This document shows positions 53,612 through 64,000 of a stretch of DNA of 64,000 nucleotides, piece after piece. Position 1 is the first letter of the stretch; every line of letters starts with the position of its first letter. Both the position numbers and the translations under genes were made by a program. Under the pieces are notes generated by a model that was not told the origin of the DNA, searched no databases, and saw only the letters and a program-made list of their open reading frames with translations. The DNA comes from Bordetella parapertussis (GTDB taxonomy: Bacteria; Pseudomonadota; Gammaproteobacteria; Burkholderiales; SG8-39): the NCBI GenBank assembly GCA_945892985.1, contig CAMDDU010000005.1, forward strand, positions 83,254 through 147,253. Reading direction: 5' to 3'.

Positions 53612-55642
53612 TTATTTCAGTATGCCGTGCAAGTCGCTGAAGTCGTCGGTCCAGAGCCGGATGTCGGCTTGTGCTTCAAGTGGTTTGACGTTGGCTTTGA
53701 GCTCCGCTTCGTTGAAGGCGCCGGGGGCGCGCGCGAGCAACAGCCAGTCGGAGCTGAATACGCCGATCTCATAGTTATCCGCCGCGTAGACCTGACGAAC
53801 CTCCAGCGAAAGCGCGGTGGCGGCTTTGGCGACCACCGGCAGCAGGTCGAGGTAGCGGTTCGACACGTGGATGGCGAGCAAGCCGCCGGGCTTGAGGTGG
53901 CGCATATAGGCGCGGAACGCCTCGACCGTGAGCAGGTGCACCGGAATCGAGTCGCTCGAGAACGCGTCCACGGCCAGCACGTTGAATTGCTGCGGCGCTT
54001 CGCGCTCGAGCACCAGGCGCGCATCGCCCAGCGCGACTTCGATCGTCGCCTTGCTGTCGGAAAGAAAGCTAAATTGCTTGCGCGCCAGATCCACCACCTG
54101 CGGATTGATCTCGTAAAAGCGCATGACATCGCCGCTGCGGCCGTAGACCGCGAGCGTACCGGCGCCAAGCCCGACGACGCCGATGCGGCGCGCCTCTTCG
54201 GTCGACTTGATCGCCAGTGCGACACCCGACAACGGACCGTAGTAGGTGGTCGGCCAGTTGCGGCGCGAGGCATCGAGGAACTGGCTGCCATGCTGGATCG
54301 TGCCGTGCTTGAGTTCGCGCACCGCGACTTCGCCGCTGCCCGAGTCCTCAAACTTGAGCACGGCGTAGAAGTTGCGCACCGAGGAAGGGCGGGTGTCCGC
54401 AAATGCGCCATAGCCCCACGCAAGTGTGCCGCAGAAGGCGGCGACAAGGGCTGCCGCCAGCGCTTGCGCCGGCAGGGCGAAGCGCCGGTGCAAGATGCTG
54501 CCGCGGTCGCGGTACAGCGCGGCGAAGGCGAGGGCTGCCAGCGCCGCGAGCCCGATGGGCAGTTCATACAAATCGTTGAACAAGTGCGGGGCGACAAGGC
54601 CGACAAACAGCCCGCCGAGCGCGCCGCCCAGCGCGAGTTGCAGGTAAAAGGAGGTGAGGTATTGCGGATGCGGCTTGGCGCGCGCGAGTTCGCCGTGGCA
54701 GACCATGCAGGCGCAAAACAGCGTGACCGCGTACAGCGGCACCATCACGATGATCTTCGGGTGTAGATGGCCGGGTGTGAGCGTGTAGCACACACCGCCC
54801 AGTCCGGCGATCAGCAGCGGGAAGTAGAAGTCACGCCGGTACCAGCGGGGCGCCTCGAAGCAGACGATAAAGCTGGCAAGGTAGAGCAGCAGTGGCAGCA
54901 CCCACAGGAAGGGGATGGGGGCGATATTGAGCGACAGGTGGCTGGTGAAGGCGAGCAGCAGGGCGGAGGCGCAAGCGGCGAGGGCGGCCCACCAGAGCTT
55001 GATGCCGATGGTGGGTGCGGGCTCCGTCGCAACGGACGGTTCACCCGGCCCGGCTGCGACCAGTCCACTGTTGGTTTTCCAGGCCAGCGTGCTGCACAGC
55101 AGGGCGAACAGGGTGAAGCCCGAAGACCAGGCCAGCGCCTGCCAATGTGCCGACAGCAGCGGCTCGACCAGCAGCGGGTAGCTCAACAGCGCGAGCAGCG
55201 AACCAAAGTTGGAAAGCGCGAACAGTCGGTAGGGATAGGCGCCGATGTGGGTGCGCGCATACCAGGCCTGCACCAGCGGTCCGGTGGTTGACAGGACGAA
55301 GTAGGGCAGGCCGACGCTGGTGGCAAGCAGGCCGAGGATGCGCAATGTCGGGTCATCGCCGCCGGTGGGCTTCCATGAAACATCCGGTGAGATCGGCAAA
55401 ACCAGCAGACAAATGCCCAGCAAAATGCAGTGCACGAGGCGTTGGCGCGCGGGCTGGCGTATGCCCATCAGGGCATGTGAATAGACATAACCGCACAGCA
55501 GCAGCACCTGGAAAAACAGCATGCAGGTGGTCCACACCGCGGCTGAACCGCCGAACCACGGCAGGATGAGCTTCGCAATGAGGGGCTGCACCTGGAACAA
55601 CAGGAAGGCGCTGACGAAAATCGTTGTGGCGTAAAGGATCAT
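53612..55642 (-). CDS. Fused polytopic membrane domain + spermidine-synthase-like (class I MTase fold) protein
   Basis: About 11-12 N-terminal TM helices are followed by VVGLGAGTLA, FYEINP, and VLAVDAFSSDSIPVHL, the spermidine synthase signature order. Confidence 0.8.
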   Translation of the reverse strand: MILYATTIFVSAFLLFQVQPLIAKLILPWFGGSAAVWTTCMLFFQVLLLCGYVYSHALMGIRQPARQRLVHCILLGICLLVLPISPDVSWKPTGGDDPTLRILGLLATSVGLPYFVLSTTGPLVQAWYARTHIGAYPYRLFALSNFGSLLALLSYPLLVEPLLSAHWQALAWSSGFTLFALLCSTLAWKTNSGLVAAGPGEPSVATEPAPTIGIKLWWAALAACASALLLAFTSHLSLNIAPIPFLWVLPLLLYLASFIVCFEAPRWYRRDFYFPLLIAGLGGVCYTLTPGHLHPKIIVMVPLYAVTLFCACMVCHGELARAKPHPQYLTSFYLQLALGGALGGLFVGLVAPHLFNDLYELPIGLAALAALAFAALYRDRGSILHRRFALPAQALAAALVAAFCGTLAWGYGAFADTRPSSVRNFYAVLKFEDSGSGEVAVRELKHGTIQHGSQFLDASRRNWPTTYYGPLSGVALAIKSTEEARRIGVVGLGAGTLAVYGRSGDVMRFYEINPQVVDLARKQFSFLSDSKATIEVALGDARLVLEREAPQQFNVLAVDAFSSDSIPVHLLTVEAFRAYMRHLKPGGLLAIHVSNRYLDLLPVVAKAATALSLEVRQVYAADNYEIGVFSSDWLLLARAPGAFNEAELKANVKPLEAQADIRLWTDDFSDLHGILK

Positions 55643-55794
55643 GGACTGCAGAAGGCAAGCAACGGAAAATTTCCGGGCTGCCGTTCACTCCGGGTTGGGG
55701 GTTGTTCAGAAGATGGCGGGAAAAACGATGCCCTCGGGCGCTAAGGTCTGCCCGGCGTGCACCTGGTTTCCGGCCGGTGAATTTGCGGTGGCTG

Positions 55795-56709
55795 TCACGG
55801 TTTGGGTTTCAAGGTTACCAGCAGCACACCCGATAACACCAGCACCGAGCCGAAAATCTGCGTGCCATTGAGCGCTTCTCCGAGGACGGCCCAATCAACC
55901 GCCATGGTGGTCAGCGGGCCGATCGCGCCTATCACGGCAAACTGCGTGGCACCGATGCGCTTGAGCGCTTCGCCGATCATGAACACGGGCAGCACGGTGT
56001 GGAACAGCGCCAGCACCACCAGCAAGCCGTAGGCCGCCATCGGCAGCACCAGCGCATCAAGCGGGCGCAGCACGAGGAACTGCAGGATGCCGGCGATGCT
56101 CGATACCGTCATGGCATAGGCGGTGAAGCGGATCGAGCCGATGCGCTTTATCACCTCGGTGCCGGCCACCAGATAGATGGCGTAGGCAAAGGCGCTGCCC
56201 AAAACCAGCAGCCCGCCCAGCTGCAGATTTGAGCCCGCGACGTGGCCGGCCGATAAAAAAACCAGCGCAATCCCGGCATAGGAAAGTGCGATGGCGCTGA
56301 TGTCCACGCCGCGTGCGCGCGCTTTCAGGAAAATCACCGACAACAGCAGCACCATAGTCGGGTAAAGGTAAAGCGTCAGCCGTTCCAGTGTGGCCGAAAT
56401 ATAAAGCAAGCCGAGAAAATCGAGGAAGCTGGAGAGGTAATAGCCGGTCAGGCCCAGTATCACAATCAGCCCGAGGTCGCCGCGTGACAGCGGCGTTGTC
56501 CCGTGCTTGCGTCCGGACCACGCTGCGATAACCAGGAAAAACGGCACCGAGAACAGCATGCGCAGCGCGAGCAGGGTCACCGCGTCGGCACGGTAGGCGT
56601 AGATCAGCTTGGTGGTGACGCCCTTGAGCGAAAACAGCGCGGCGCCCACTAATGCGAGGGCGATGCCGATGGCGCGATAGGAGACGCGGCTCAAGGGACG
56701 GCCCGGCAC
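55795..56709 (-). CDS. DMT superfamily (EamA-like) transporter
   Basis: Ten TM helices in two EamA repeats. The start is set at the GTG at 56709 (or the TTG at 56694), downstream of the preceding gene. The extension to 56904 was rejected. Confidence 0.8.
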   Translation of the reverse strand: MPGRPLSRVSYRAIGIALALVGAALFSLKGVTTKLIYAYRADAVTLLALRMLFSVPFFLVIAAWSGRKHGTTPLSRGDLGLIVILGLTGYYLSSFLDFLGLLYISATLERLTLYLYPTMVLLLSVIFLKARARGVDISAIALSYAGIALVFLSAGHVAGSNLQLGGLLVLGSAFAYAIYLVAGTEVIKRIGSIRFTAYAMTVSSIAGILQFLVLRPLDALVLPMAAYGLLVVLALFHTVLPVFMIGEALKRIGATQFAVIGAIGPLTTMAVDWAVLGEALNGTQIFGSVLVLSGVLLVTLKPKP

Positions 56710-56719
56710 TTGCCGCGCC

Positions 56720-58213
56720 TCATCGGCGTTTTCCGCCGCCAAGAATGGAACCGAGCACGCCGCGGATGATTTCACGGCCGATCTGCGAGCCGACCGCGCG
56801 CGCCGCGCTTTTTGCCACCGACTCGAGCAAGCCTTCGTGACGCGCACCGCGCGGTCCGGTGCTGCCGCCCAGCAGTTCGCCCAGTGAGCCGAAAATGCCG
56901 CCACCGGTGTCTGCGGCCGTGCCGCCCTGACGGGCGATGGCTTTTGCGCTCAGCTTCTCGTAGGCCGACTCACGATCGACGACCTGCTCATAGTGGCCGT
57001 AAAGAATCGAAGACTTGATAAGCGCATCGCGTTCCGCGTCGCTGGCCGGGCCGATGCGCGAACCGGGCGGCCGCACGAAGGCACGCTCCACGATGGTGGG
57101 GCGGCCTTTTTCATCGAGCAGGGAAATCAGCGCCTCACCCACCGACAATTCGGTGATGGCGGTCTCGACATTGAGTTTCGGGTTGGCGCGCATGGTTTCG
57201 GCCGCCGCCTTCACCGCTTTCTGGTCGCGTGGCGTAAAGGCGCGCAGCGCGTGCTGCACGCGGTTGCCCAGCTGGCCGAGCACGGTGTCCGGGATATCGA
57301 GCGGGTTTTGCGTCACAAAATACACACCCACCCCCTTGGAGCGGATCAGCCGCACGACCTGCTCTATCTTGTCGAGCAGGGACTTGGGCGCATCGTTAAA
57401 GAGCAGATGGGCCTCGTCAAAAAAGAACACCAATTTGGGTTTGTCGACATCACCAACCTCGGGCAGGTGCTCGAATAATTCGGACAGCATCCAGAGCAAA
57501 AAGGTCGAATACAGCTTGGGCGAATTCATCAGCTTGTCGGCGGCGAGGATGTTGACCACGCCGGCGCCCCGGCTGTCGGTCTGCATCAGGTCGGCGATGT
57601 CGAGCGAGGGCTCTGCGAGCAGCTTGTCGCCGCCCTGTTGCTCGATCTCGAGCAGGCCGCGCTGTATCGCGCCGACCGACGCGGCCGAGATATTGCCGTA
57701 GGCGGTGGTGAAATCCTTGGCGTTCTCGCCCACGTGCTGCAGCATCGCGCGCAGGTCCTTCAGGTCGAGCAGCAACAGACCCTTGTCGTCGGCGATCTTG
57801 AACACCAGGCTGAGCACACCTTGCTGGGTGTCGTTGAGATTGAGCACGCGACCGAGCAGCAGCGGGCCCATGCCCGACACCGTGGCGCGTACCGGGTGGC
57901 CCTTTTGCCCGAACACGTCCCAGAACACCGTCGGGCAGGCGGCGAAAGCGAAGCCCTCCAGGCCCAGCGCGTTGATGCGCTCCTGCAGTTTTGGCGTCAT
58001 CGCGCCCGCTTGCGAGAGGCCCGACAGGTCGCCTTTGACATCGGCCATGAACACCGGCACGCCGATGGCAGAGAAGCCCTGCGCCAGCGTCTGCAGGGTC
58101 ACCGTCTTGCCCGTTCCGGTGGCGCCGGCGATCAGCCCGTGGCGGTTGGCGAGGGCGGGCAGCAGTGCCAGTTCGGTGGCGCCTGACCTGGCGACGGCGA
58201 TGGGCGTGATCAT
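56720..58213 (-). CDS. DUF853 / HerA-like P-loop ATPase (YjgR family)
   Basis: Walker A GATGTGKT and Walker [12 protein letters not shown]. The size and the Gly-rich C-terminal tail are typical of YjgR. Confidence 0.85.
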   Translation of the reverse strand: MITPIAVARSGATELALLPALANRHGLIAGATGTGKTVTLQTLAQGFSAIGVPVFMADVKGDLSGLSQAGAMTPKLQERINALGLEGFAFAACPTVFWDVFGQKGHPVRATVSGMGPLLLGRVLNLNDTQQGVLSLVFKIADDKGLLLLDLKDLRAMLQHVGENAKDFTTAYGNISAASVGAIQRGLLEIEQQGGDKLLAEPSLDIADLMQTDSRGAGVVNILAADKLMNSPKLYSTFLLWMLSELFEHLPEVGDVDKPKLVFFFDEAHLLFNDAPKSLLDKIEQVVRLIRSKGVGVYFVTQNPLDIPDTVLGQLGNRVQHALRAFTPRDQKAVKAAAETMRANPKLNVETAITELSVGEALISLLDEKGRPTIVERAFVRPPGSRIGPASDAERDALIKSSILYGHYEQVVDRESAYEKLSAKAIARQGGTAADTGGGIFGSLGELLGGSTGPRGARHEGLLESVAKSAARAVGSQIGREIIRGVLGSILGGGKRR

Positions 58214-58227
58214 GGGGAGGCGATCCT

Positions 58228-58253
58228 TGTCGTGAATCTCTGTCGTGAATCTC
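58228..58253. repeat. Perfect 13-bp tandem duplication (tgtcgtgaatctc x2) in the divergent DUF853/yebC promoter region
   Basis: Read directly. Confidence 0.9.
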
Positions 58254-58328
58254 GAATGATGCTGCGGTCCGGTGAGCCGGAATGGTAAAATTATAAGCTT
58301 TCCGAACCGTCACAGAGGCAGAGGCTTT

Positions 58329-59054
58329 ATGGCCGGGCACAGCAAGTGGGCGAATATCAAGCACAAGAAGGCGATTACCGATGCCAAGAAGGGTAAGGCC
58401 TTCACGCGGTTGATCAAGGAGGTCACCGTGGCCGCGCGCATGGGCGGGGGCGACCCGGCGATGAATCCGCGACTGCGCCTTGCCATGGACAAGGCGCGCG
58501 ATGTCAATATGCCCAAGGACAACATCGAGAGCGCGATCAAGCGCGGCACCGGCGCACTGGAGGGGGTCAACTACGAAGAGGTGCGCTATGAGGGGTACGG
58601 CGTTGCCGGTGCGGCGGTGATGGTCGACTGCCTCACCGACAACCGCGTGCGCACGGTGGCCGAAGTGCGCCATGCCTTCGCCAAGAACGGCGGCAACATG
58701 GGGACTGACGGCTCGGTCGCCTTCTTGTTCAAGCATTGCGGCCTGTTGGTGTTCGCACCGGGTGCGTGCGAAGACAAGGTGATGGAGGCGGCGCTCGATG
58801 CGGGCGCCGAGGATGTCATCGCCAACGACGACGGCTCGATCGAGGTGATCTGCCCGCCCAATGATTTTGCCGCGGTGAAAGAGGCGCTGGCCAAGGCCGG
58901 CCTCAAGCCCGAGCACGCCGAGGTGACGATGAAGGCCTCGGCCGAGGCCCAGCTTGCCGGTGATGACGGCGTGAAGATGCAAAAGTTGCTGGACGCACTC
59001 GAGGCGCTGGACGATGTGCAGGACGTCTACACAACGGCGGTGATCAACGACTGA
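58329..59054 (+). CDS. yebC: YebC/PmpR family DNA-binding transcriptional regulator
   Basis: [15 protein letters not shown]-terminus. Conserved position upstream of ruvC. Confidence 0.95.
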   Translation: MAGHSKWANIKHKKAITDAKKGKAFTRLIKEVTVAARMGGGDPAMNPRLRLAMDKARDVNMPKDNIESAIKRGTGALEGVNYEEVRYEGYGVAGAAVMVDCLTDNRVRTVAEVRHAFAKNGGNMGTDGSVAFLFKHCGLLVFAPGACEDKVMEAALDAGAEDVIANDDGSIEVICPPNDFAAVKEALAKAGLKPEHAEVTMKASAEAQLAGDDGVKMQKLLDALEALDDVQDVYTTAVIND

Positions 59055-59059
59055 GCGGC

Positions 59060-59632
59060 GTGTTGGCGCGCGGCTATAATCAGCCCGTGTCCACCCCATT
59101 ACCCACCAGCCCGCTCACGATATTGGGCATCGACCCCGGATTGCGCATCACCGGATTTGGCGTGGTGGAAAAGACCGGCAGCAAACTGGCCTACGTGACC
59201 AGCGGTTGTATCAAATCCGCGGAGGGGGCGCTGGCCGACCGGCTCAAGGCGATACTCGAGGGCCTGCGCGAGGTGATTGCGACCCATCGCCCGCAGCATG
59301 TGGCGATAGAAAAAGTCTTTGTCAACGTCAATCCCCAGTCCACGCTGCTGCTCGGACAGGCACGCGGCACCGCCATTTGCGCCGCGGTGCTCGACAATCT
59401 TCTGGTGGCCGAATACACCGCGCTGCAGGTCAAGCAGGCGGTTGTGGGCAAGGGCCACGCCAACAAGGAGCAGGTTCAGGAAATGGTCAAAAGATTGCTG
59501 AAACTTTCAGGCTATCCCAGCCCCGATGCCGCCGACGCGCTCGCCTGCGCCATCTGCCACGCCCACGCCGGTCTGGGCATGGGCGGGTTTTCCACCGCCG
59601 GACTGCGCATGAAAAACGGGCGCCTCGTATGA
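59060..59632 (+). CDS. ruvC: Crossover junction endodeoxyribonuclease RuvC
   Basis: [22 protein letters not shown], and [13 protein letters not shown]. The start is the GTG at 59060 or the GTG at 59087. Confidence 0.9.
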   Translation: MLARGYNQPVSTPLPTSPLTILGIDPGLRITGFGVVEKTGSKLAYVTSGCIKSAEGALADRLKAILEGLREVIATHRPQHVAIEKVFVNVNPQSTLLLGQARGTAICAAVLDNLLVAEYTALQVKQAVVGKGHANKEQVQEMVKRLLKLSGYPSPDAADALACAICHAHAGLGMGGFSTAGLRMKNGRLV

Positions 59633-60210
59633 TCGGCCGCATCACCGGTGTTCTGCTGGAAAAAAATCCGCCGCAGATCCTGGTCGAGGTCGCCGGCATC
59701 GGTTATGACGTCGAGGTGCCCATGAGCACCTTTTACAATCTGCCTGCCAGCGGCGAGAAGGTGGTGTTGTTCACCCATCTGGTGGTGCGCGAAGACGCGC
59801 ACCTGCTCTATGGCTTTGGCAGCGATGCCGAGCGCAAGGCCTTCCGCCAGATTCTCAAGATCAGCGGCATCGGCGCGCGCACCGCCTTATCCCTTCTTTC
59901 AGGTTTGTCCGTCGGTGAATTGGTGGAGGCGGTCGCCGCCCAGGAATCGGGCCGTCTGACCAAAATTCCCGGCATCGGCAAGAAGACCGCCGAGCGCCTG
60001 TTGCTCGAACTCAAGGATAAATTCGGCGCCGAACTGGTCGGTGGCGTCGCCATCAGCCGGCCGGCCGCCGCCGCGAGCGATGTGCTCAATGCGCTTATCG
60101 CGCTTGGCTACAGCGACAAGGAGGCGCAACTTGCGGTCAAGCACCTGCCCGAGGGGCTGTCGGTGTCCGACGGCATCCGCCAGGCGCTGAAGTCCCTTGC
60201 CAGAGGGTGA
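59629..60210 (+). CDS. ruvA: Holliday junction DNA helicase subunit RuvA
   Basis: MIGRITGVL...[10 protein letters not shown], HhH motifs [16 protein letters not shown] overlap with ruvC. Confidence 0.95.
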   Translation: MIGRITGVLLEKNPPQILVEVAGIGYDVEVPMSTFYNLPASGEKVVLFTHLVVREDAHLLYGFGSDAERKAFRQILKISGIGARTALSLLSGLSVGELVEAVAAQESGRLTKIPGIGKKTAERLLLELKDKFGAELVGGVAISRPAAAASDVLNALIALGYSDKEAQLAVKHLPEGLSVSDGIRQALKSLARG

Positions 60211-60239
60211 GGAAAAATGTTGGAATTAAACGGGCGATA

Positions 60240-60274
60240 GGCTGGAAACCGGCTTCTGGCGCGGGTTTTCAGCC
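60240..60274. repeat. Palindromic element family B (hairpin GGCTGGAAACCGG...CGGGTTTTCAGCC), 30 bp after the ruvA stop
   Basis: Reverse complement of the 13086..13119 copy apart from the loop. It could act as a terminator or mRNA-stabilising hairpin. Confidence 0.75.
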
Positions 60275-60320
60275 GGTCAATGGCGGCCGCACGCCCCAGG
60301 CCACTGCGTCGCGATGTGGC

Positions 60321-60362
60321 CGGGGTGGCATAAACCGGGTGGCATCAACCGGGTGGTATCAA
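60321..60362. repeat. 14-bp tandem repeat x3 (cggggtggcataaa ccgggtggcatcaa ccgggtggtatcaa) in the ruvA-ruvB spacer
   Basis: Read directly. Confidence 0.9.
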
Positions 60363-60577
60363 TTCAGGAGTCTGTGCTGATCACCAGCTTGGCCCGTAGT
60401 GTGTTGCTGTGCCTGTCCGGTTTCACCTTGTGTACCGGCCCAGCCTGCATCGGCCCAGCCGGCGCGCACAGTACTGGCGTTGCGCCAGTCTGAACAAGGG
60501 CAACAATATTCAGCCCGAGTGGGCGTGGCCGGTGGATCGCCCGCGTTTGTCTTGCTCGGGCATGGGATAATCCACGC

Positions 60578-61627
<1,050 letters not shown>

Positions 61628-61652
61628 GCCCAACGCCGGCGCGCCGCCGTTT

Positions 61653-62045
61653 TTGTGGCATACCCGCGTCTACTACCAGCATACCGATGCGGGTGGCATC
61701 GTGTTTCACGGCAACTATCTCAATTTCATGGAATGCGCACGCACCGAGTTGCTGCAGTCGCTGGGCTTTGATCTGGGCGAGATGGCGCGGCGGGACGGCG
61801 TGTTGTTCGTGGTGCATCGCGCGGCGCTGACGTATCATCGTCCCGGACTGCTCAACGACATGCTGTCGGTGTCGGCCCTTGTCACCCGCGCGGGGCGGGT
61901 GCGGCTGGAATTTTTGCAACAAGTAAAGCGCGACGAAACATTGCTGGCCGAGGGCGAATTGACACTCGCCTGTGTCAGTGCCGGCAGCCTCAAGCCGGTC
62001 GGCCTGCCCGCCGCAATCCGGCGCACGTTTGAAGGAAAGACATGA
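61653..62045 (+). CDS. ybgC: Tol-Pal-associated acyl-CoA thioesterase YbgC (hotdog fold)
   Basis: W..RVYYQHTDAGGIVFHGNYLNFME signature. There is no in-frame ATG. The TTG at 61653 is chosen, and the ORF is open back to 61575, overlapping the ruvB end. Confidence 0.8.
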   Translation: MWHTRVYYQHTDAGGIVFHGNYLNFMECARTELLQSLGFDLGEMARRDGVLFVVHRAALTYHRPGLLNDMLSVSALVTRAGRVRLEFLQQVKRDETLLAEGELTLACVSAGSLKPVGLPAAIRRTFEGKT

Positions 62046-62055
62046 GCACAAGCGT

Positions 62056-62739
62056 ATGAACGCAACCCACGATTTATCCATACTCACACTCATCTGGAAT
62101 GCCAGCGCCGTGGTGCAGTTCGTCATGGCCCTGCTGCTGGTGGTGTCCTTTTTGTCGTGGTATTACATTTTCCGCAAGCACTTCGCGATCCGCGCCGCGC
62201 GCATCGCGACGGAAAAATTCGAGCGCGACTTCTGGGGCGGTTCCGACCTTAACGCCTTGTACCAGAGCGCCGTGAACCATCGTCACAGCACCGGCAGCCT
62301 GGAGCGTATTTTTGAGGCCGGCTTTCGCGAATACCTCAAGCTCAAGGGCCAGCGCGCGCCCGATCCGGGGCTCATCGTCGATGGCGCACGCCGCGCCATG
62401 CGCGCCACCTACCAGCGCGAAATGGATCATCTCGAGTCGCATCTGGCGTTTCTCGCCTCGACCGGCTCGGTCAGTCCTTACGTCGGCCTGCTCGGCACGG
62501 TGTGGGGCATCATGCATTCCTTCCGCGGCCTCGCCAACGTCGGTCAGGCCACGCTGTCGGCGGTCGCGCCGGGCATTGCCGAGGCGCTGGTGGCCACGGC
62601 GATCGGCCTGTTCGCCGCCATTCCCGCGGTTGTCGCCTACAACCGCTACTCGCATGACATCGACCGGCTGGCCATACGCTTCGAGAGTTTCATGGAAGAG
62701 TTCTCCAACATCCTGCAGCGCCAGGCGCAGCCGAAATAG
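62056..62739 (+). CDS. tolQ: Tol-Pal system protein TolQ
   Basis: MotA/TolQ/ExbB motif GLLGTVWGIM..F and APGIAEALVATAIGL. Start is the ATG at 62056. Confidence 0.95.
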   Translation: MNATHDLSILTLIWNASAVVQFVMALLLVVSFLSWYYIFRKHFAIRAARIATEKFERDFWGGSDLNALYQSAVNHRHSTGSLERIFEAGFREYLKLKGQRAPDPGLIVDGARRAMRATYQREMDHLESHLAFLASTGSVSPYVGLLGTVWGIMHSFRGLANVGQATLSAVAPGIAEALVATAIGLFAAIPAVVAYNRYSHDIDRLAIRFESFMEEFSNILQRQAQPK

Positions 62740-62747
62740 GCCGGACC

Positions 62748-63179
62748 ATGCGTCAGCGCAAACTCATGAACCAGATCAATGTCGTGCCCTACATCGACGT
62801 GATGCTGGTGCTGCTGGTGATCTTCATGGTCACCGCGCCGCTGGCCAACCCCGGCGTGGTGGACCTGCCCAGCGTGGGCAAGTCGGCACAGCCGCCGGTG
62901 GCGCCGGTCGAGGTGATTATCAAGGCCGATCAGTCGCTGACGGTGCGCGATCGCGCCGCCAAGGCCGGGGCTGAGCGCGGGGTCAGCCAGGCCGAGTTGG
63001 TGTCGGCGCTCAAGGCCATCAAGGCGCGCAACCCGGACCAGGCGGTGGTGATCTCCGCCGACAAGGACGTGCGTTACGAGGCGGTGCTCAAGGTGATGGA
63101 CGAGTTGCAGCGCCAAAATTTCAAGGTCGGCCTGATGGTGAAACCGGCGGGCGCACCGGCGCCGGCGGCGGGTCGCTAG
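62748..63179 (+). CDS. tolR: Tol-Pal system protein TolR (ExbD/TolR family)
   Basis: INVVPYIDVMLVLLVIFMVTAP signature TM segment. Confidence 0.9.
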   Translation: MRQRKLMNQINVVPYIDVMLVLLVIFMVTAPLANPGVVDLPSVGKSAQPPVAPVEVIIKADQSLTVRDRAAKAGAERGVSQAELVSALKAIKARNPDQAVVISADKDVRYEAVLKVMDELQRQNFKVGLMVKPAGAPAPAAGR

Positions 63180-63937
63180 TGCAATTCACGCTGCGCCAGG
63201 ACCCGGGCCTCACCTGGTCGGCGGTGCTGGCCGTGCTGGTGCACCTGTTTTTTCTCTCCGTTCTGGTGTTTGGCGTGCGCTGGCAGACCAAACAGCCTGA
63301 CGCCATTGCCGTCGAGCTGTGGACACAGTTGCCGCCCATGGAACAGGCTGCGCCGGTACAAGTCGAGCCGGCGCCCGTACCCGCACCCGCACCCGCACTT
63401 AAGGTGGAACCTGCGCCCAAGCCCGAACCCGTTGCCAAAGCCGAGCCCAAGCCGGTGAAGCCGGACATCGCCGTCGAAAAGACACCGCCGAAAAAGCCGG
63501 AGCCGAAAAAAGTCGAGCTGAAAAAACTCGAGCCCAAAATAGACCAGCAAAAACTCATGCGCGAGCAGCTTGCGCGCGAGACCGAACAGGTCAGCCGCGA
63601 ACGTGAAAAACAGGAGATCACGCAGCAACTGGCGCGTGAGGCTGCGGCGGCGCAAGGCCGTGCTGTGGCCGATTATGTCGGGCGCATCCGCGGCAAGATC
63701 AGGGGTAACATCGTGCTGCCACCGGACATTCCCGCGGGCAATCCGGAGGCGATATTCGATGTGGTTCAACTGCCCACCGGCGAGGTCCTCAACGCGCGGC
63801 TGAGAAAATCTTCCGGCCACAAACCCTATGACGATGCGGTGGAGCGCGCGATACTCAAGGCGTCACCGCTGCCCAAACCCGAGCGCCCCGATCTTTTTCA
63901 GCGCAGCCTTGAACTTAAGTTCCGGCCGCTCGACTAA
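63179..63937 (+). CDS. tolA: Cell envelope integrity protein TolA
   Basis: N-terminal TM helix, a Pro/Ala/Lys/Glu-rich linker (PAPVPAPAPALKVEPAPKPEP...), and a TonB_C-like C-terminal domain. The GTG start overlaps the tolR stop by 1 nt. Confidence 0.85.
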   Translation: MQFTLRQDPGLTWSAVLAVLVHLFFLSVLVFGVRWQTKQPDAIAVELWTQLPPMEQAAPVQVEPAPVPAPAPALKVEPAPKPEPVAKAEPKPVKPDIAVEKTPPKKPEPKKVELKKLEPKIDQQKLMREQLARETEQVSREREKQEITQQLAREAAAAQGRAVADYVGRIRGKIRGNIVLPPDIPAGNPEAIFDVVQLPTGEVLNARLRKSSGHKPYDDAVERAILKASPLPKPERPDLFQRSLELKFRPLD

Positions 63938-64000
63938 GCGAGTGACGTATAATTGGTTTCGAAATAGCGAGTGTCCGCATGCGTGTTCCGGCGCGGGCAT

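Noticed and set aside
57450-59099. 549-aa minus-strand ORF spanning the DUF853 5' region, the divergent promoter and all of yebC
   Set aside because: It crosses two confidently called genes on different strands and an intergenic region. The composition is Arg/Pro/Gly-biased and no family was recognised.
60372-60387. Possible LexA/SOS box CTGTGCTGATCACCAG upstream of ruvB
   Set aside because: One arm deviates from CTGT-N8-ACAG. A single near-match in GC-rich DNA is weak evidence, so it is mentioned but not called.
60374-60493. 39-codon GTG ORF with a hydrophobic N-terminus in the ruvA-ruvB spacer
   Set aside because: It is not listed as a feature because the RBS-start spacing is only 3 nt, the ORF is very short and no conservation evidence is available. 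It is kept only as part of the spacer finding.

Overview
64-kb chromosomal segment from a high-GC Gram-negative bacterium. It is most consistent with a betaproteobacterium, Burkholderiales-like (inference). The evidence is three Bug/TctC solute-binding genes plus these conserved blocks: ctaB-SCO1; rsmD<>ftsY-ftsE-ftsX-rpoH; coaD-ferredoxin; mutM<>TPR-lolB-ispE-tRNA-Gln-prs-rplY-pth-ychF; yebC-ruvC-ruvA-ruvB; ybgC-tolQ-tolR-tolA. I support about 68 CDS, one tRNA (Gln-TTG), two rho-independent terminators and several short repeat families. I see no rRNA, CRISPR array, cas gene, transposase, integrase or prophage module. Many long ORFs in the track are antisense or alternate-frame artefacts of the high GC content and were rejected. 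Many real genes use GTG/TTG starts or overlap their neighbour by 1-8 nt. Non-core content worth attention: (1) A ten-gene, translationally coupled operon (38.8-48.9 kb) has an FdtA/DegT amino-sugar core, a FemAB/GNAT-like enzyme, two paralogous methyltransferases, a flavoprotein-like enzyme, two paralogous GT2 enzymes and two paralogous TPR-glycosyltransferases. It has no flippase, polymerase, exporter or lipid-carrier transferase, so it is a candidate soluble, protein-targeting glycosylation system and my top candidate for something undescribed. (2) An orphan CheB-CheR-PAS-histidine kinase megaprotein is coupled to a NarL-type regulator, downstream of an A/T-rich promoter region with phased boxes and a G13 tract. 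(3) A small lower-GC islet after ychF carries a GNAT/DUF1778 toxin-antitoxin pair and unassignable ORFs. (4) There is an IclR-controlled aromatic-catabolism-like cluster. (5) An orphan type IV pilin has an unusually long leader. (6) There are two palindromic REP/MITE-like repeat families and a set of perfect short intergenic tandem duplications. All functional calls rest on motif recognition by eye; no database search was run.
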